DNA of 64,000 nt from Eledone cirrhosa. Lineage: Eukaryota. The position numbers and the translations under genes are program-made. The notes under the pieces are model-generated. The model did not search any database. It saw nothing but the letters and a program-made list of their open reading frames with translations, and was not told the origin of the DNA. Positions 13,539 to 26,010 of this stretch are shown in pieces; position 1 is the first letter of the stretch; each line of letters begins with the position of its first letter. The stretch spans positions 3,472,001 to 3,536,000 of the forward strand of contig OZ024762.1 of assembly GCA_964016885.1 (NCBI GenBank), given 5' to 3'.

Positions 13539-13639
13539 CTGGACAATAACAAGACAAAACAAAACAAACTAATTAAAATGAGATAGAATAAAAATTAAAA
13601 TTTAGCTTTTTCACATCAACACATTGGTGGAATTGACGT

Positions 13640-14045
13640 AAGGATATTACTGGTATTAAAAATTGCCCCTGGGATATTACTGGTATATATTTACATAAGG
13701 CTATGGTTGGTGGAATTGACCTAAATATATTACTAGTATTAGAAATTGATCCGAGGATATTACTGGTATTAAAAATTGACCCCGGAATATTACTGGTATT
13801 AAAAATTGACCCCGGAATATTATTGGTATTAAAAATTGGTCCAAAGATATTACTGGTCTGATTTACATGAGGCTACAGTTGGTGGGATTGGTCCCAGGAT
13901 ATTACTGGTATATATTTACACAAGGCTACAGTCGGTGGAATTGGTCCCAGGATGTTACTGGTATATATTTACACAAGGCTACAGTCGGTGGAATTGGTCC
14001 CAGGATGTTACTGGTATATATTTACATAAGGTTACTGTTGGTGGA
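13640..14045. repeat. Intronic minisatellite (ggatattactggta core, ~31 and ~53 bp units)
   Basis: Repeated ggatattactggtattaaaaattgacc and ggatgttactggtatatatttacacaaggctacagtcggtggaattggtccca. Confidence 0.85.
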
Positions 14046-14075
14046 AAGTTAATATGTTGAAAAAGAGTGACTCAC

Positions 14076-14183
14076 CAGAGGACTGTGTAGGAAGGAGTGT
14101 AAATTACTGAGGTTGACATTGAGGAGCAAAGTAAAATGGTGGTAGGCCCTCTTGGAGTTGAACCTGGCAGCAGTCCCAGATAC
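14076..14183 (-). CDS. LIPT1: Lipoyltransferase 1, coding exon 2
   Basis: gtgacag|VSGTAARFNSKRAYHHFTLLLNVNLSNLHSFLHSPL|gtgagt; K-VSGTA and YHHxTLL motifs; 108 nt, phase 0. Not in the supplied ORF track frame. Confidence 0.93.
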
Positions 14184-14749
14184 CTGTCACAATAACACAC
14201 ATCAAAACTAGTTTCATTATCAGGGTATATCATGTCATTATTAGGAGGGTTGTCGATTGGTAGAATCAGTAGGATTGGACTTACAATCATAATGTCATGG
14301 GTTCAATCTCTGGGCTGGGTTACATGTTGTGTTCTTGAGCAAAACACTTCATTTCACGTTGCTCCAGTATACTCAGCTGAAAAATGAGTACCAGCAATAG
14401 CTGGGGGTTTAACCCTGCGAAGGACTGGCGTCCTGTCCAGAGGAAAGTCTTGTACTCTCAGTCACTTCACGCCATATAACCGGAATAAGCACCGGCCTAA
14501 TAAGCCTTCTGGCTTAAGACAGACTTTAGACTAAGATTCCACAGAGCCATGTAATCTTAACGTAATTCCCAAGGAAATTCACCATGACACAATGTGTGAC
14601 CAGGCTGAGCTACATAACAGTCCATCTGTCGACCCAGTTTAACTCACAACCCAAGCTATGACAAATGGTACCAAGATGTCACATGGTGGGATTGAACCTG
14701 AGACCTAATCATTGCAAAGCAAACATCTTAACCATTTGGTTGTACGGTG

Positions 14750-15128
14750 TATATATATTAAATGTATACTATGTGTGGTGTGTATATTAAATGTATGGTG
14801 TGTATATATTAAATGTTTAATGTGTATATATTAAATGTATGGTGTGTATATTAAATGTTTAATGTGTATATATTAAATGTATGGTGTGTATATTAAATGT
14901 TTAATGTGTGTATATTAAATGTATGGTGTGTATATTAAATGTTTAATGTGTGTATATTAAATGTATGGTGTGTATATTAAATGTATGGTGTGTATATTAA
15001 ATGTTTAATGTGTGTATATTAAATGTATGGTGTGTATATTAAATGTTTAATGTGTGTATATTAAATGTATGGTGTGTATATTAAATGTATGGTGTGTATA
15101 TTAAATGTATGGTGTGTATATTAAATGT
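14750..15128. repeat. Minisatellite tgtgtatattaaatgtatgg / tgtgtatattaaatgtttaa
   Basis: ~20-22 bp units repeated directly. Confidence 0.9.
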
Positions 15129-15439
15129 TAAAAAGGATAAAGGATAAAAAGCCCATAACTCCTCGCAGTTGTAGAGGCACAGTCATACGGCATGTCTAGG
15201 GCACTTTTAAACCCAGCCGATCCTAACCCTCTCCGGGCCTGAACACAGCTCATTCTTTCTATAAAGGAAGAAGTGACCCCAGTACTAGACTGGTACTTTT
15301 TTTTTATTGGCCTCAAAAGGATGAAAGGCAAAGTTGACCCCAGCAGTATTTGAACTCAGAGCATGCAATGAGGTGGGACAAATATCATAAAGCATTCTAT
15401 CTGATGTCTTAACAGCTCTGCTAATTTGTCGCCTTTATA

Positions 15440-15654
15440 TTAACCCTTTACCATTTACATTACTCTATATATACTATTATATTTTCATGGTAAAGGCTTT
15501 ACCTCACATAATATCGAATCTATGAGATTTTGAAAGTATTTATTTTGAGAATAATACCTTAACATCAGTTTGAGTGACCAGTTACAGCCAGTTTGAACAG
15601 AAAAAAGTAGAGAATTCTGGCCGGTTTTGGCCAGTTTGAACATTAAAGGGTTAA
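15440..15654. mobile_element. TTAA-flanked (piggyBac-like) MITE
   Basis: ttaaCCCTTTA.CATTTAC ... AATGCTAAAGGGttaa termini; copies at ~16628-16855, 23993-24212, 24501-24655, 30667-31203, 63445-63643. Confidence 0.8.
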
Positions 15655-15725
15655 ATATATGATGTGTATATTGTATGTTTGAAGAAAAAGAAGTTAAGCA
15701 CGGCATTTTGTTGCTACTCACTCAC

Positions 15726-16379
15726 CTTAAACATGTCATTCCACATGATGCAATCACGGTCATCAATATTGAGGTTTAACATCCACCTGTCATTGACTGC
15801 TTTGGTTACCAGATTCAGGTTCCATTTACGGTTGTAACGTGGGCGAGAGGTGAGGAAACAGAAATTTATGTTGCCGAGATCGTGGTAAACTGTTCCACCA
15901 CCACTGTTTCGCCGTGCAATGTCGACACCTCTCTGTTCTAATAGGGGCACATTTGACTCCAGCCATGGATTTTGGTGCCGTCCTATCACAACGGTCTCCT
16001 TGTTCCTCCATATCAACAAATATGAAATGTTGTCTAAGTCTGCGTTGTCATACAGCCATTCTTCCAGGGAGAGGTTGTCAAAGATACAAGTTGAGAGTGA
16101 AACTATTACTCTGTGTTTAACAACTTTTGTTGTGAATGTTCTAACATGATGAAGGGAAAGAAAACATGCTGGGGTCCTTCTAGATGTGAGGATGAGTGGG
16201 GTTACTTTACATGAAGAGATCTGAGGGGTCCATGGGGTTACTTTAGATGAGGGGAACACTGGGGTCCCTTTAAATGTGAGAATCTGCTTCACCTGGAAAT
16301 GTCTTTGACACAAAGCTGTATATGACGTTGGTAGATGTTGGTCAATTCTAATTCTGAGACTTGGTAAATAGAACAACAT
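15726..16379 (-). CDS. LIPT1: Lipoyltransferase 1, first coding exon (presequence plus catalytic N-terminal half)
   Basis: ATG at 16379; IFDNLSLEEWLY, VVIGRHQNPWLE, IARRNSGGGTVYHDLGNINFCF motifs; donor AAG|gtgagt at 15725; upstream acceptor atttcag at ~16434 implies an earlier non-coding exon. Confidence 0.95.
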
Positions 16380-16934
16380 TTCAGTAACTGAACGCCAAAC
16401 ATTGCCGAAATGAGATATCACAGATTCACAGAACTGAAATTACAAACAAATAATCATAATGATTAGAAAAATGCGTCTAAGCAACTCTGAAGAGAGGAAA
16501 ACACATGAAAAACACTAATATCATGTTAGATAAAGAAACTGAGATAAGAGAAATAGATAGGGTTCAACATACACAGAGGAAAGAGAAGATTAGAAAGGAA
16601 TATTACAGACGGATTATATTACTACTTTAACCCTTTAGCATTTACATTACTCTACATATACTATTGAATTTTTGTGGTAAAGGCTTTATCTTAGATCATT
16701 ATCTCACATAATATCAAATCTATGAGATTTTGATGTTATTTACGTTGAGAACAATACCTTAACATCAGTATAAGCAGCCAGCCACGGCCAGTTTGAGCAG
16801 AAAGAGATGAGAGAACTCTGACCAGATACGATCGGTTTAAATGCTAAAGGGTTAAACTAGACTAAATGCAAAGAATAAGGTAATTAGCATCAATATCCTA
16901 GCAATCCAAGTAGTAAGCTAGAGTTTTAATATTC

Positions 16935-17392
16935 TGAACCTGACACTAAAAGAACTAGACAGAAAAATATGAAAAATGATGACTGCATTTAGAATACACC
17001 GAAATCAGATGTAGAAAGATTATACCTACCACGAACACACAGAGGAAGAGGCCTTATGCAACTATAAAACTGTTATAAAATAACTACTGTAGGACTACAA
17101 AAATATCTGATGAGGAACAAAGGAAAGTTAATAGAAATAGCTACAAAACATGAACAAAACAAAAACTTGTACTCAGTCATCAAGGAGGTCAATAAATTCA
17201 AAGCAGAAACCAGATTAACAGAGAGGAAAATGAAATCAGACAAGAAACAAGAGAAATTGTGAAAGATGTAAAATCTAAACTGAAAACAAACCCCCAGAAT
17301 GCCATGTTAAAACGATGGAAAGAAAAATCCCTACATGGTCAATACCTAAAAAGGTTGAATAGAGAAGAAGTAGACAAGCAAAATACACAGAA
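16935..17392 (+). mobile_element. Degenerate R4/Dong-like non-LTR retrotransposon fragment
   Basis: Translates (with stops) to PKSDVERLYLPRTHRGRGLMQL ... WKEKSLHGQYLKRL, typical of RLE-type elements downstream of RT. Confidence 0.7.
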
Positions 17393-17715
17393 TGCTCTCA
17401 GGTGTTTTGTGGAGAGACAGATGTGACATCTGCCTTATCGCCTTTCGAGTTTTATGGCTAATATTATACAGCCTGAAAGGTGTAGTTGTTCAGGGATGGT
17501 ATCTACATTGTTTTGTGTGGTTTGTAGTAAAATTTCCACTGCCATCCCCGACCAATTGTCCTTGCTTGTTTGGTAAACATCAAAGATTTTTGTGTTCTCC
17601 TTAATGTTTACCGTTACGGCGGCTAATAGCCAAGAAATGTCTATTTCTGGTGGTATATTGTTAATTTTTATTCTTACTAATCTCATTCCACAGTAGAATG
17701 GGATGAGCAGAATTT
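17392..17715 (-). mobile_element. Possible LINE ORF1 (gag-like) fragment
   Basis: IPFYCGMRLVRIKINNIPPEIDISWLLAA resembles the RRM-like segment of LINE ORF1 proteins; short and truncated. Confidence 0.4.
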
Positions 17716-19370
17716 CATCACTTTGTAGGGGCTTCCAGGACCGATAAAATAAAGTATCAATCAAGTACTGGGATCGATATAATCGACTATCAATGGCCCG
17801 CAAAATTGTTGGCCTTGTGCCTATTAGCAATTGGAAAGACCAACGGAAACATTGTTTCCTCGGTCCGATTTGACGAAAGCCGATCGATTAATTTTTTGTG
17901 CCTAGATTATAAATAATAATATTTACTTGTTAAGTAGGAGTACAGTTATTCAGTCGACACCGGCGGTGTTAACTGAATATATTAATAACAATAGGTATTT
18001 GTGGCATTTTTAGGTATAAGTTTTATTTTCAGTAACTCATTTAGTGTCACCTAAATTTGTTTCATCATACCCTTATTAATACGGCATGTTCTTTTTAAAT
18101 GAAATTTAGCAGATATCTGTTATCGGAAGTGTAGACTACGATTATGTTAATGAAAGTTTTTTAATTAATATTTTTCATTTTCACACACATTCCTTCATTA
18201 ATGCTTCCATTAATGTAGCAGGCTAAACATACCTAGAGAAATTTCATATTCGTAATGAATATAAATCATATTTTCTACATGAAGTTAATGTCATTGCTAT
18301 TGCGAAAAGTGAATAAATATATAAATTGATGCGAATGCTTATCACTTTATTTTCGTCTCTAGATTTTTCTAAGCTATTATTTATAGCGATCGGCTGTTAT
18401 TGCAGGTATTTTCAGCATTTGTGATTCCCACATTTTCAAAATTCATCTACAAAACTATAATGTATGCCTTTGAAAACGTAAAAGGTATCTTCTGCAAAAT
18501 TATATTTTAAAAATATACATTATTAAGAAAGTTATGTAAAGAACAATCCGTAGCAGTAATCTATAGTTTCGCCAACAAAAAGGGGACTGAAAATACTTAG
18601 TTTTGTTTTATTTAACATCAAAAACAACACGCGGAGTTTTGCAACGAAATTATTGTATAATATCGCATTCATACATATATAGAGAAAGAAAGTGTGTGAA
18701 ATAGAGAGGTAAAAACTTGTCAACGATCTGTGTACATCGTTCATATAAAATAACAATAATATATAATGAATATATAATACCGGTTTTCTGAAGGACATCC
18801 ATTGGTAAATATGAGCGAGAGAAAGAGGTGTAAGGGAGATAACTACATTGGAGGATGTGATTTTCGCTGCTATTTCTAGCATCTCGAGGTTCGGCGGATG
18901 CTATGTTTTGTCCTTGAACGAAAAAACTTCTTTCTACATCAAGGGTTCCAAACCTTTTTTGCATCGTCGCCCACTTTCCTGTGGACAAATGTTCCACCGC
19001 TCACCTGTTTAGTAAATATTCAAAAGCACACCAAAATTGTGTCGTAAAAGTTTGTTACTGGTTCGTTATTCTCATTTAGCCTTCTGTTTTGTTGTTTTAT
19101 ACAAGTTCTTTGCATATCTCCTTTGAATATATATATATATATTATTATAATAAAAGACGAGGTGTTACATCTTCATTACCTTTATTGGGGTGTGACGCGC
19201 GTTTCGCGATTGACCAGCTCAAAGCTCGATAGGGCCCGATTCTGGAATCAAAAGTTCGTCTGACTGCTGCTTAGTACAACACCAATATACCTACTGGAAA
19301 CTACACATCGAATGTTCACTTTGGTGAATTTACAGTAACTGGACGTTACAATCGCTATATATATCTATCG

Positions 19371-19455
<85 letters not shown>

Positions 19456-19583
19456 TAAAGTTAGTCCTTCATCAGTGATATATATATATATACTGTATAT
19501 AGCGATATATCACTTTCCAGGGATAACTTTAACCGTTAAGGTATATTATCCTTGGTTATGACAAATATTTATAAAACATTTTG

Positions 19584-19644
19584 TATTTTATCTGATGATA
19601 GCGTACCAACATTTTGGTACCCTTGAAATATATATAATAGAATA
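19584..19644 (+). ncRNA. Minimal type I hammerhead motif (family A)
   Basis: UAUUUUAU-CUGAUGA-UAGC-GUACCAA-CAUU-UUGGUAC-CCUU-GAAA-UAUAUA-UA-AUAGAAUA; same downstream flank as the copy at 43-107. Confidence 0.75.
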
Positions 19645-19853
19645 AATATGGTTTTATAAATATAGTTTCCATTTATTTAATATCAATGTGTATATATATA
19701 TTTGGTTGTGCGGATGTTTGTTTAACCATCGTCTCAGTGTGTTTGGCCTTTAACGTATGTTGTAGCTCTGGTTCATCTGAATCATCGAGCGCTTGCCACA
19801 CATCTCGGAAGTTGTTTTTCGTTAATTCCTAAGCCGAAATACGATTCTCGCTA

Positions 19854-19939
<86 letters not shown>

Positions 19940-20261
19940 CGTTTCTGAATTTGTTTAGCAAGATTCTTTATCTGAAAACGTGTGTTGAAACCGATATTGT
20001 TATACTTTGGGACGGTCATGTTGCCAATAAGAACTGGTGCGTGTGTTTCTTATTGACAACATGACCCTCCCAAAGTATAACAATATATATATATATTCGG
20101 ATACTATATGTTGAAATGCCTTCTTAATACTCAAAATTGCCAATCGCCCACCATTTTCTGTTCAGTTGCTCATCGCCAACCCAACATTTGAAATCGCCCA
20201 TTGGTACTACCATGACTGAATCTTAACCATCTACTATGTCAGGGTATGTCATGCATCATCT

Positions 20262-20328
20262 TATTTTATCTGATGAGGACGTACTGTTGAAGATACCTCA
20301 GTACCTCTGAAATATGTATAATAAAATA
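20262..20328 (+). ncRNA. Minimal type I hammerhead motif (family A)
   Basis: UAUUUUAU-CUGAUGA-GGAC-GUACUG-(12 nt)-CAGUAC-CUCU-GAAA-UAUGUA-UA-AUAAAAUA; perfect 8-bp stem I. Confidence 0.8.
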
Positions 20329-20766
20329 TACTTGATCACACGAATGTCTATTTTTGTTAATATTTTGAATTAATATTAATAACTCCGGAAAACCACTTTG
20401 TGGAGTGCTTCCAATCTATTGTAAAACTCATTTTTTGATTTATTCATTGAACCTTGTTTAACCTTTAAATATATATATATATATATATAACGAAGGAAGT
20501 GTGGTAAGGAACCAGATGGACCATAACGCACCAGAGTACTCAATACTTCGGGTAGTAGAGTGGATAATAGGAAAATTGAACATTTTCCCATATATATATG
20601 CGTGTGTCCCGGGTTCAATCAGGGGTAACCACAGTAAGGTTACTCCTGATGATTTCCTTCGAATGAAACAGTTCCAGTCCTGTAGAAGCCATCTCTATGT
20701 TAAATATTACATATATATGTGTGTGCGCGCGCGTGTAAGTGAGTGCTTCAGATATGCGTGTGTGTA

Positions 20767-20774
20767 ACTTCCGG
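20767..20774 (-). promoter_or_regulatory. ETS-family motif CCGGAAGT just upstream of CCDC43 ATG
   Basis: ACTTCCGG 33-40 bp before the ATG, near a CpG-containing gcgcgcgcg patch; typical of TATA-less housekeeping promoters. Confidence 0.5.
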
Positions 20775-20806
20775 TGAAAAACGAAAATCAAAAAAAAGTT
20801 ATCAGC

Positions 20807-20992
20807 ATGGCGGCTCTCTCCATGTGTAGCGACTCGGATGGTTTTACACGATGGCTGGAGACCAGACTGCTACAACTAAACGAAGAACTTGATGCCGGTG
20901 TGTTTGTCATGTATATTAATGGCATCCTTGAGTCGTACAGTGGATATGACGAGAAGAAGGACTCTCTATTAGACATTGTTGGTGAAATAGCG
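20807..20992 (+). CDS. CCDC43: Coiled-coil domain-containing protein 43, exon 1 (PWI-like domain)
   Basis: MAALSMCSDSDGFTRWLETRLLQLNEELDAGVFVMYINGILESYSGYDEKKDSLLDIVGEIA|gtacgg; F..WL..RL...YI.GIL pattern; 186 nt, phase 0. Confidence 0.9.
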
Positions 20993-21189
20993 GTACGGTA
21001 TTTAAACTCACACATTATACATACATATATATATATATATACACACATGTATGTATATATTTAATTGGTGGTAGCACGAAGACAGCATTTAAGTATAATA
21101 GAGGTGTATTAAACCTATATAATACGTGAAGCTACCCATATGTTTTTTTGTATATAAGCGTATTATATAGATTTATATTTCATTACACT

Positions 21190-21250
<61 letters not shown>

Positions 21251-22903
21251 GTAAGTTTGATAGAAAGATCGTCGGGCAAGATCACTCAGTATGTATATAT
21301 ATATATATATATACACACATACACATTAGTGGTGAGTCAGAAGTAACTGGGCAGTGCAACATATATACATAAATATCCCAAATGGTAATATTTACTAAAA
21401 TTCTGGCCATAGAGTACGATATTATAAATACATCAAACCAAAAAAGATAAAATAATATAATTAAAGTAGCTGTTTGAAAAGCTGCCCCCTTCAATATACT
21501 TTGATACGGATGTTGAAAAAGTTATCTGAACGGCCATAAAAATTCATTGACTGTCCAATTACTTTAACTCACATTATATATGTATGTAGGTGTGTATATA
21601 ATATATATATATATAAGTAGTAGTACAGAGGAAAGTTTAAGCAAAGAATTTCTGCTTTCACCCTATTACGAGAAGATCCCGTACAAAGGTGAAAGAAATT
21701 ATTTGCTTAAACTTTAATCTGTACTAATAATACATATTTGCTCTATGGGTTTATATATATATATATACATACATACACACACAGGGTGTCCTCAAAAATG
21801 TGTACACGCACTCTAATAAATATTGTCTGTATAGGTAATCAAAGTATGTATATATTTTTTTAGGACACCCTGTGTATATACATATATACACAGTCTTCGT
21901 AATTATTACTACACACATATATACATATACACACACACAGCTGTACAACATCCCAGATTGTTTTACATGAAGTTTATAATTTAATTTCTAATTCGATAAG
22001 TCTATAACTTAGATAAATAGATTTGTTTTCTTTATCGATTATAAAACCATATTGAGTTTGGAAAATGTTAGCATAATTTTACTCGATCTTTCCACAGTTT
22101 ACTCTTGTCTATATGCATACAGGGTGTCCCCAAAAATGTATACATACCATGATTACAGGCAATATTTATTAGATTGCTGTTGAAGTGTGTATACATTTTT
22201 GGGGACCCCTGTATATATATCAGGGGCGTTGGAAGCATTTCTGAATTGGGAGAGCCAAATTTGGTCAATTTAGTTGTAGTGATTAGTTTATCAAATATCA
22301 ACCAAGATATAAAAACCTTCGATATGTGATAAACATAACAGGTACATAAATTGTAGCACATATACAAATAGATGTGTTTTTTGGTAGTTTGGGGAGAAAA
22401 ATATAATTATTGGAGCCCCCAGTTCCACCACCCCTGATATACACAAGATGTACCCCAAAAATAGATACATTGATTACCTGTACAGGCAATATTTATTAGA
22501 ATGCACAACCTTTGTGTATACATTTTTGGGGGACACCCTGTATATATAATTTATGAGATAAAGGGAAGCTCTACCTTGTCGCTTAACATGCTAAACACAG
22601 CAGTCAAATCGCCCTCAAAAAGTACACCCTTACCGTTTGAAATAGATTAAAATACGTCGAAGATTATAGTCAGAGACAGGAATGTGTAATAAGGGAATGG
22701 TTACGAAAGGTACACCTTTGAACGTGGGTCTGCCCAATTAGGGGTACATGACTCACACACATTACATTATTGATATTACATCATCATCATCGTTTAACGT
22801 CTATCTTCCACATTAGCATGGGGTCTAAATTATATTTATCTTGATTCTCGTGACGCATTTATAAAAAAAACGTTTTGTTATACACACACAAACACAATTG
22901 TGT

Positions 22904-22949
<46 letters not shown>

Positions 22950-23429
22950 AAAGTATATATTGAGTTAAAAACTCACATACATCCCTTATAATCAAAGTAA
23001 CTCGATGAACATTTTTTCCGAGCCTGATAATATCATAAAGGGACAAACACAGATATATACATATATGTGTTCAAATCACAAGGGATGCAGCCCGCCAGGA
23101 TGAAGACAATACTGACTAAAGATAATAGGGTTCACAAGACTCAATTAAAAGGGTTAATTAAGATTTACAAACCGATTATGATAACTATCTATCAACATCA
23201 TATACACATCTATTATGAACATTATACATACATAAACACTCCATCACTACACCTGTGTCCCCTCTAAAACCCCATCACTACACCTGTGTCCCTTCTTAAG
23301 CCCAGTCGCTATATCTGTCCCCCCTAAAAACCTGCTCACTTTGTTGGTGTCAAATTATTTGTCACTTAAATATGGCCCTTCATCACCCAACACAAGTTCT
23401 CACTCCTTGCTCCTTTATACCTGTTTATG

Positions 23430-23612
23430 TTGTTGTTTAGCCCCAAGTCAACCCTGATCAATCAGACTTATGATCATAGGTGTTGTTTCAACTCAGGTCA
23501 GCCCTGGTCAAGTAGACCTATGTTGTTTAGCCCCAGGTCAGCCCTAGTCAAGCAGACCTATGTTGTTTAGCCCCTGGTCAAGTAGACCTATGTTGTTTAG
23601 CCCCAGGTCAGC
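23430..23612. repeat. Short degenerate tandem repeat (tatgttgtttagccccaggtcagccc...agacc)
   Basis: Four to five partial copies. Confidence 0.8.
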
Positions 23613-24824
23613 CATGATCATGGGGTTTATTAATTCAAAAACTTATAGTACCTTTACTAGTGGACAGATTGTGAAAATTTGTAGTAAACTAAAGTTAGGA
23701 CTAATTTTTTATGAAGTGTGTAAATTAAAAAGATCTTGGAGGTGACTCAATAATCCTTTAGCCCCTTTGATACCAAGTTACCTTAACCCACCTTTGACTC
23801 TATGATTGTATTACATCAGATTGCCAAGTCTGCTTCCCCCAGAGAGTCGGTTTGCTCTATCATGCCAACAAATTTTTCACGCCTGAAAATATTTTATATT
23901 TTTATAAATCTACCATTCATCCTTGTATTGAGTACTGTTGGTACATCAGGTACTTCTACTGTGGACCTCTTTGTTGCCTCGTATTCATGAGTTTAACCCA
24001 GTAGCATTTAAAATGGCCGTATCCGGCCAAGATTCTCTCTCACCCCTTTCTGTACAAACTAGTTATAACTGACCACTCATACTGATGTTAAGGTATTGTT
24101 CTCAAAATAAATAATATTAAAATCTCATAGATTCAATATTATGTGAGATAAAGCCTTTACTGCGAAAATACAATAATATATATAGAGAATAATGTAAATG
24201 CTAAAGGGTTAAATGTAATGTAATCACAAATAGTTTTCTGATAGTTTCTTCCCTCACACATCTCACCTATGGAAGTCTCTTCCAGGTTCTTGCTTTCCTG
24301 ACCACTAACTACAATTTGCAAAAATTCAAAAGCAATATTGTCATCTCTCTCCTTGAATGATGTTCTCTGTCGTGTCCTTCTCCTTTCTCAGTAAGCCCTT
24401 GCATTTTAATGGCTTCATTGCTCTTCTTATTGTGAGCAACAAAAAAACCCACAACTGTATGTATCTAAAAGCCTATCATAATTTTATGCAAGAACCTTTA
24501 TTAACCCTTTACTATTGTAATTTTGCGGTAAAGGCTTTTTTTCACATAATATTGAATTTACAAGATTTTGATGTTGACATTATTTATTTTGAGAATAATA
24601 GCTTGACGTTGGTATAAGCAGCTGGTCATGGCTGGTTTAAATGCTAAAGGCTTAATTTATGCTCCATCTTGATTGTTTTCACAATGATTTGAAAATAAGA
24701 CTTACTATATTTCCTTAGAAATATGGTAAGATAAGGGTTAAATAATTCTGGAAAATTTCTATTCCAACTGCAGTCCTTAATTGATTTTTTTTTTTTTTTT
24801 TTTTTTTCCCCCTTTTCATTTCAG

Positions 24825-24909
24825 GAGGACTCTAAAGAAGAAATCTGTGATGAAATGATAAAGAAATGGGATGAAATGTGTTGTGTAGATTCTAAAGGAA
24901 AGTCAAATG
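24825..24909 (+). CDS. CCDC43: CCDC43 exon 2
   Basis: Long poly-T tract + tttcag|EDSKEEICDEMIKKWDEMCCVDSKGKSN|gtaagc; 85 nt. Confidence 0.9.
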
Positions 24910-25537
24910 GTAAGCAACCTTATTCATCATCATCATTGTCATCATCTGGACAGAGGTGGAGCCACTGGTCTCCTAAGTAAGCCAGGGATCTGTATCACGC
25001 TTATGGAGGGTCTCACATTCCATCAAGTGCTTAGGGAAGGTTGTCATGCCTTTGACACCACTGAGGGTCTCCTAACCCTTTGTAAAATTTCTGACTGGAA
25101 GCCCTTCCTACCACCAACCACTTTACAGCATGTACTGGGTGTGTTTATCATGTAAATCACCAACACTAGGGAGGCTGTCATGCCCTTGACACAACTGAAG
25201 GGTGCTCCCAACCCTTATTGTTGTGTAGATGCTAAAGAAAACCAAAACGGTGAGCAACGTCATTGCTTGAAATGTGTTGTGCATATCAGGCATGTCAAAC
25301 TGAGGGTCCCCTGGGGTCGACATGGATCATGTGTGTTGTCTTAGGGCCACACATTACAACTAATATTTTTATTTATATTATACTCGTGCTGTAAAAACCT
25401 TTGTGCGGGCTGCATGTTTGACATGCCTGGTGCAGATTCTAGAGAAAGCGAAAATGATAAGGCACCTCGACATGGCATCCAATCCACCAATCCACCATGA
25501 CATACCCAATATTTATTTATAAAACTGCTCTATATTA

Positions 25538-25602
25538 TATTTTATCTGATGAAAGCACACCATAATTTAACTTGGTGTCCTTGAAATATGTATAATGAAA
25601 TA
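25538..25602 (+). ncRNA. Minimal type I hammerhead motif (family A), sense strand of CCDC43 intron 2
   Basis: UAUUUUAU-CUGAUGA-AAGC-ACACCA-(loop)-UGGUGU-CCUU-GAAA-UAUGUA-UA-AUGAAAUA. Confidence 0.75.
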
Positions 25603-25770
25603 AATATGGTTTTATAAATATAGTTTCCATTTGTTAATATCGTATTTTTACTCCAATTATTTGTTGAGTGCTTTATATCAGTTATAAAAATATTTGCTTG
25701 TTGCATCCCAACAATTTAAATAGAACTTTTACATATATATATACATATATATATTTCTGGTGTGTTTCAG

Positions 25771-25939
25771 ATGCTACGGAGACAACGCTGGATGAGAAGC
25801 TGTCGAAGATGCTGACCAACACACATGTCAGCAGCAGCAGTAATGTAGACAAGAAAGCCAAACAACTTAGTGAGGAAGAATTAGCTCAGAAACGTGCCAT
25901 ACTGGTACAGTACTCTAATGTCTGTGATGAACCTGATCA
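25771..25939 (+). CDS. CCDC43: CCDC43 exon 3
   Basis: tttcag|DATETTLDEKLSKMLTNTHV...SEEELAQKRAILVQYSNVCDEPD(Q)|GTATCCTTT; 169 nt. Confidence 0.9.
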
Positions 25940-25973
25940 GTATCCTTTGTTACAGTGGTGGGTATGGTATGTA

Positions 25974-26010
<37 letters not shown>

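Noticed and set aside
14072-14290. 72-aa minus-strand ORF from the track
   Set aside because: Wrong frame; the real LIPT1 exon 14076-14183 is in another frame.
16380-16421. N-terminal extension of LIPT1 from a GTG start (and similarly CCDC43 from 20774)
   Set aside because: Non-ATG starts from the ORF caller; in-frame ATGs at 16379 and 20807 are more plausible in a eukaryote.
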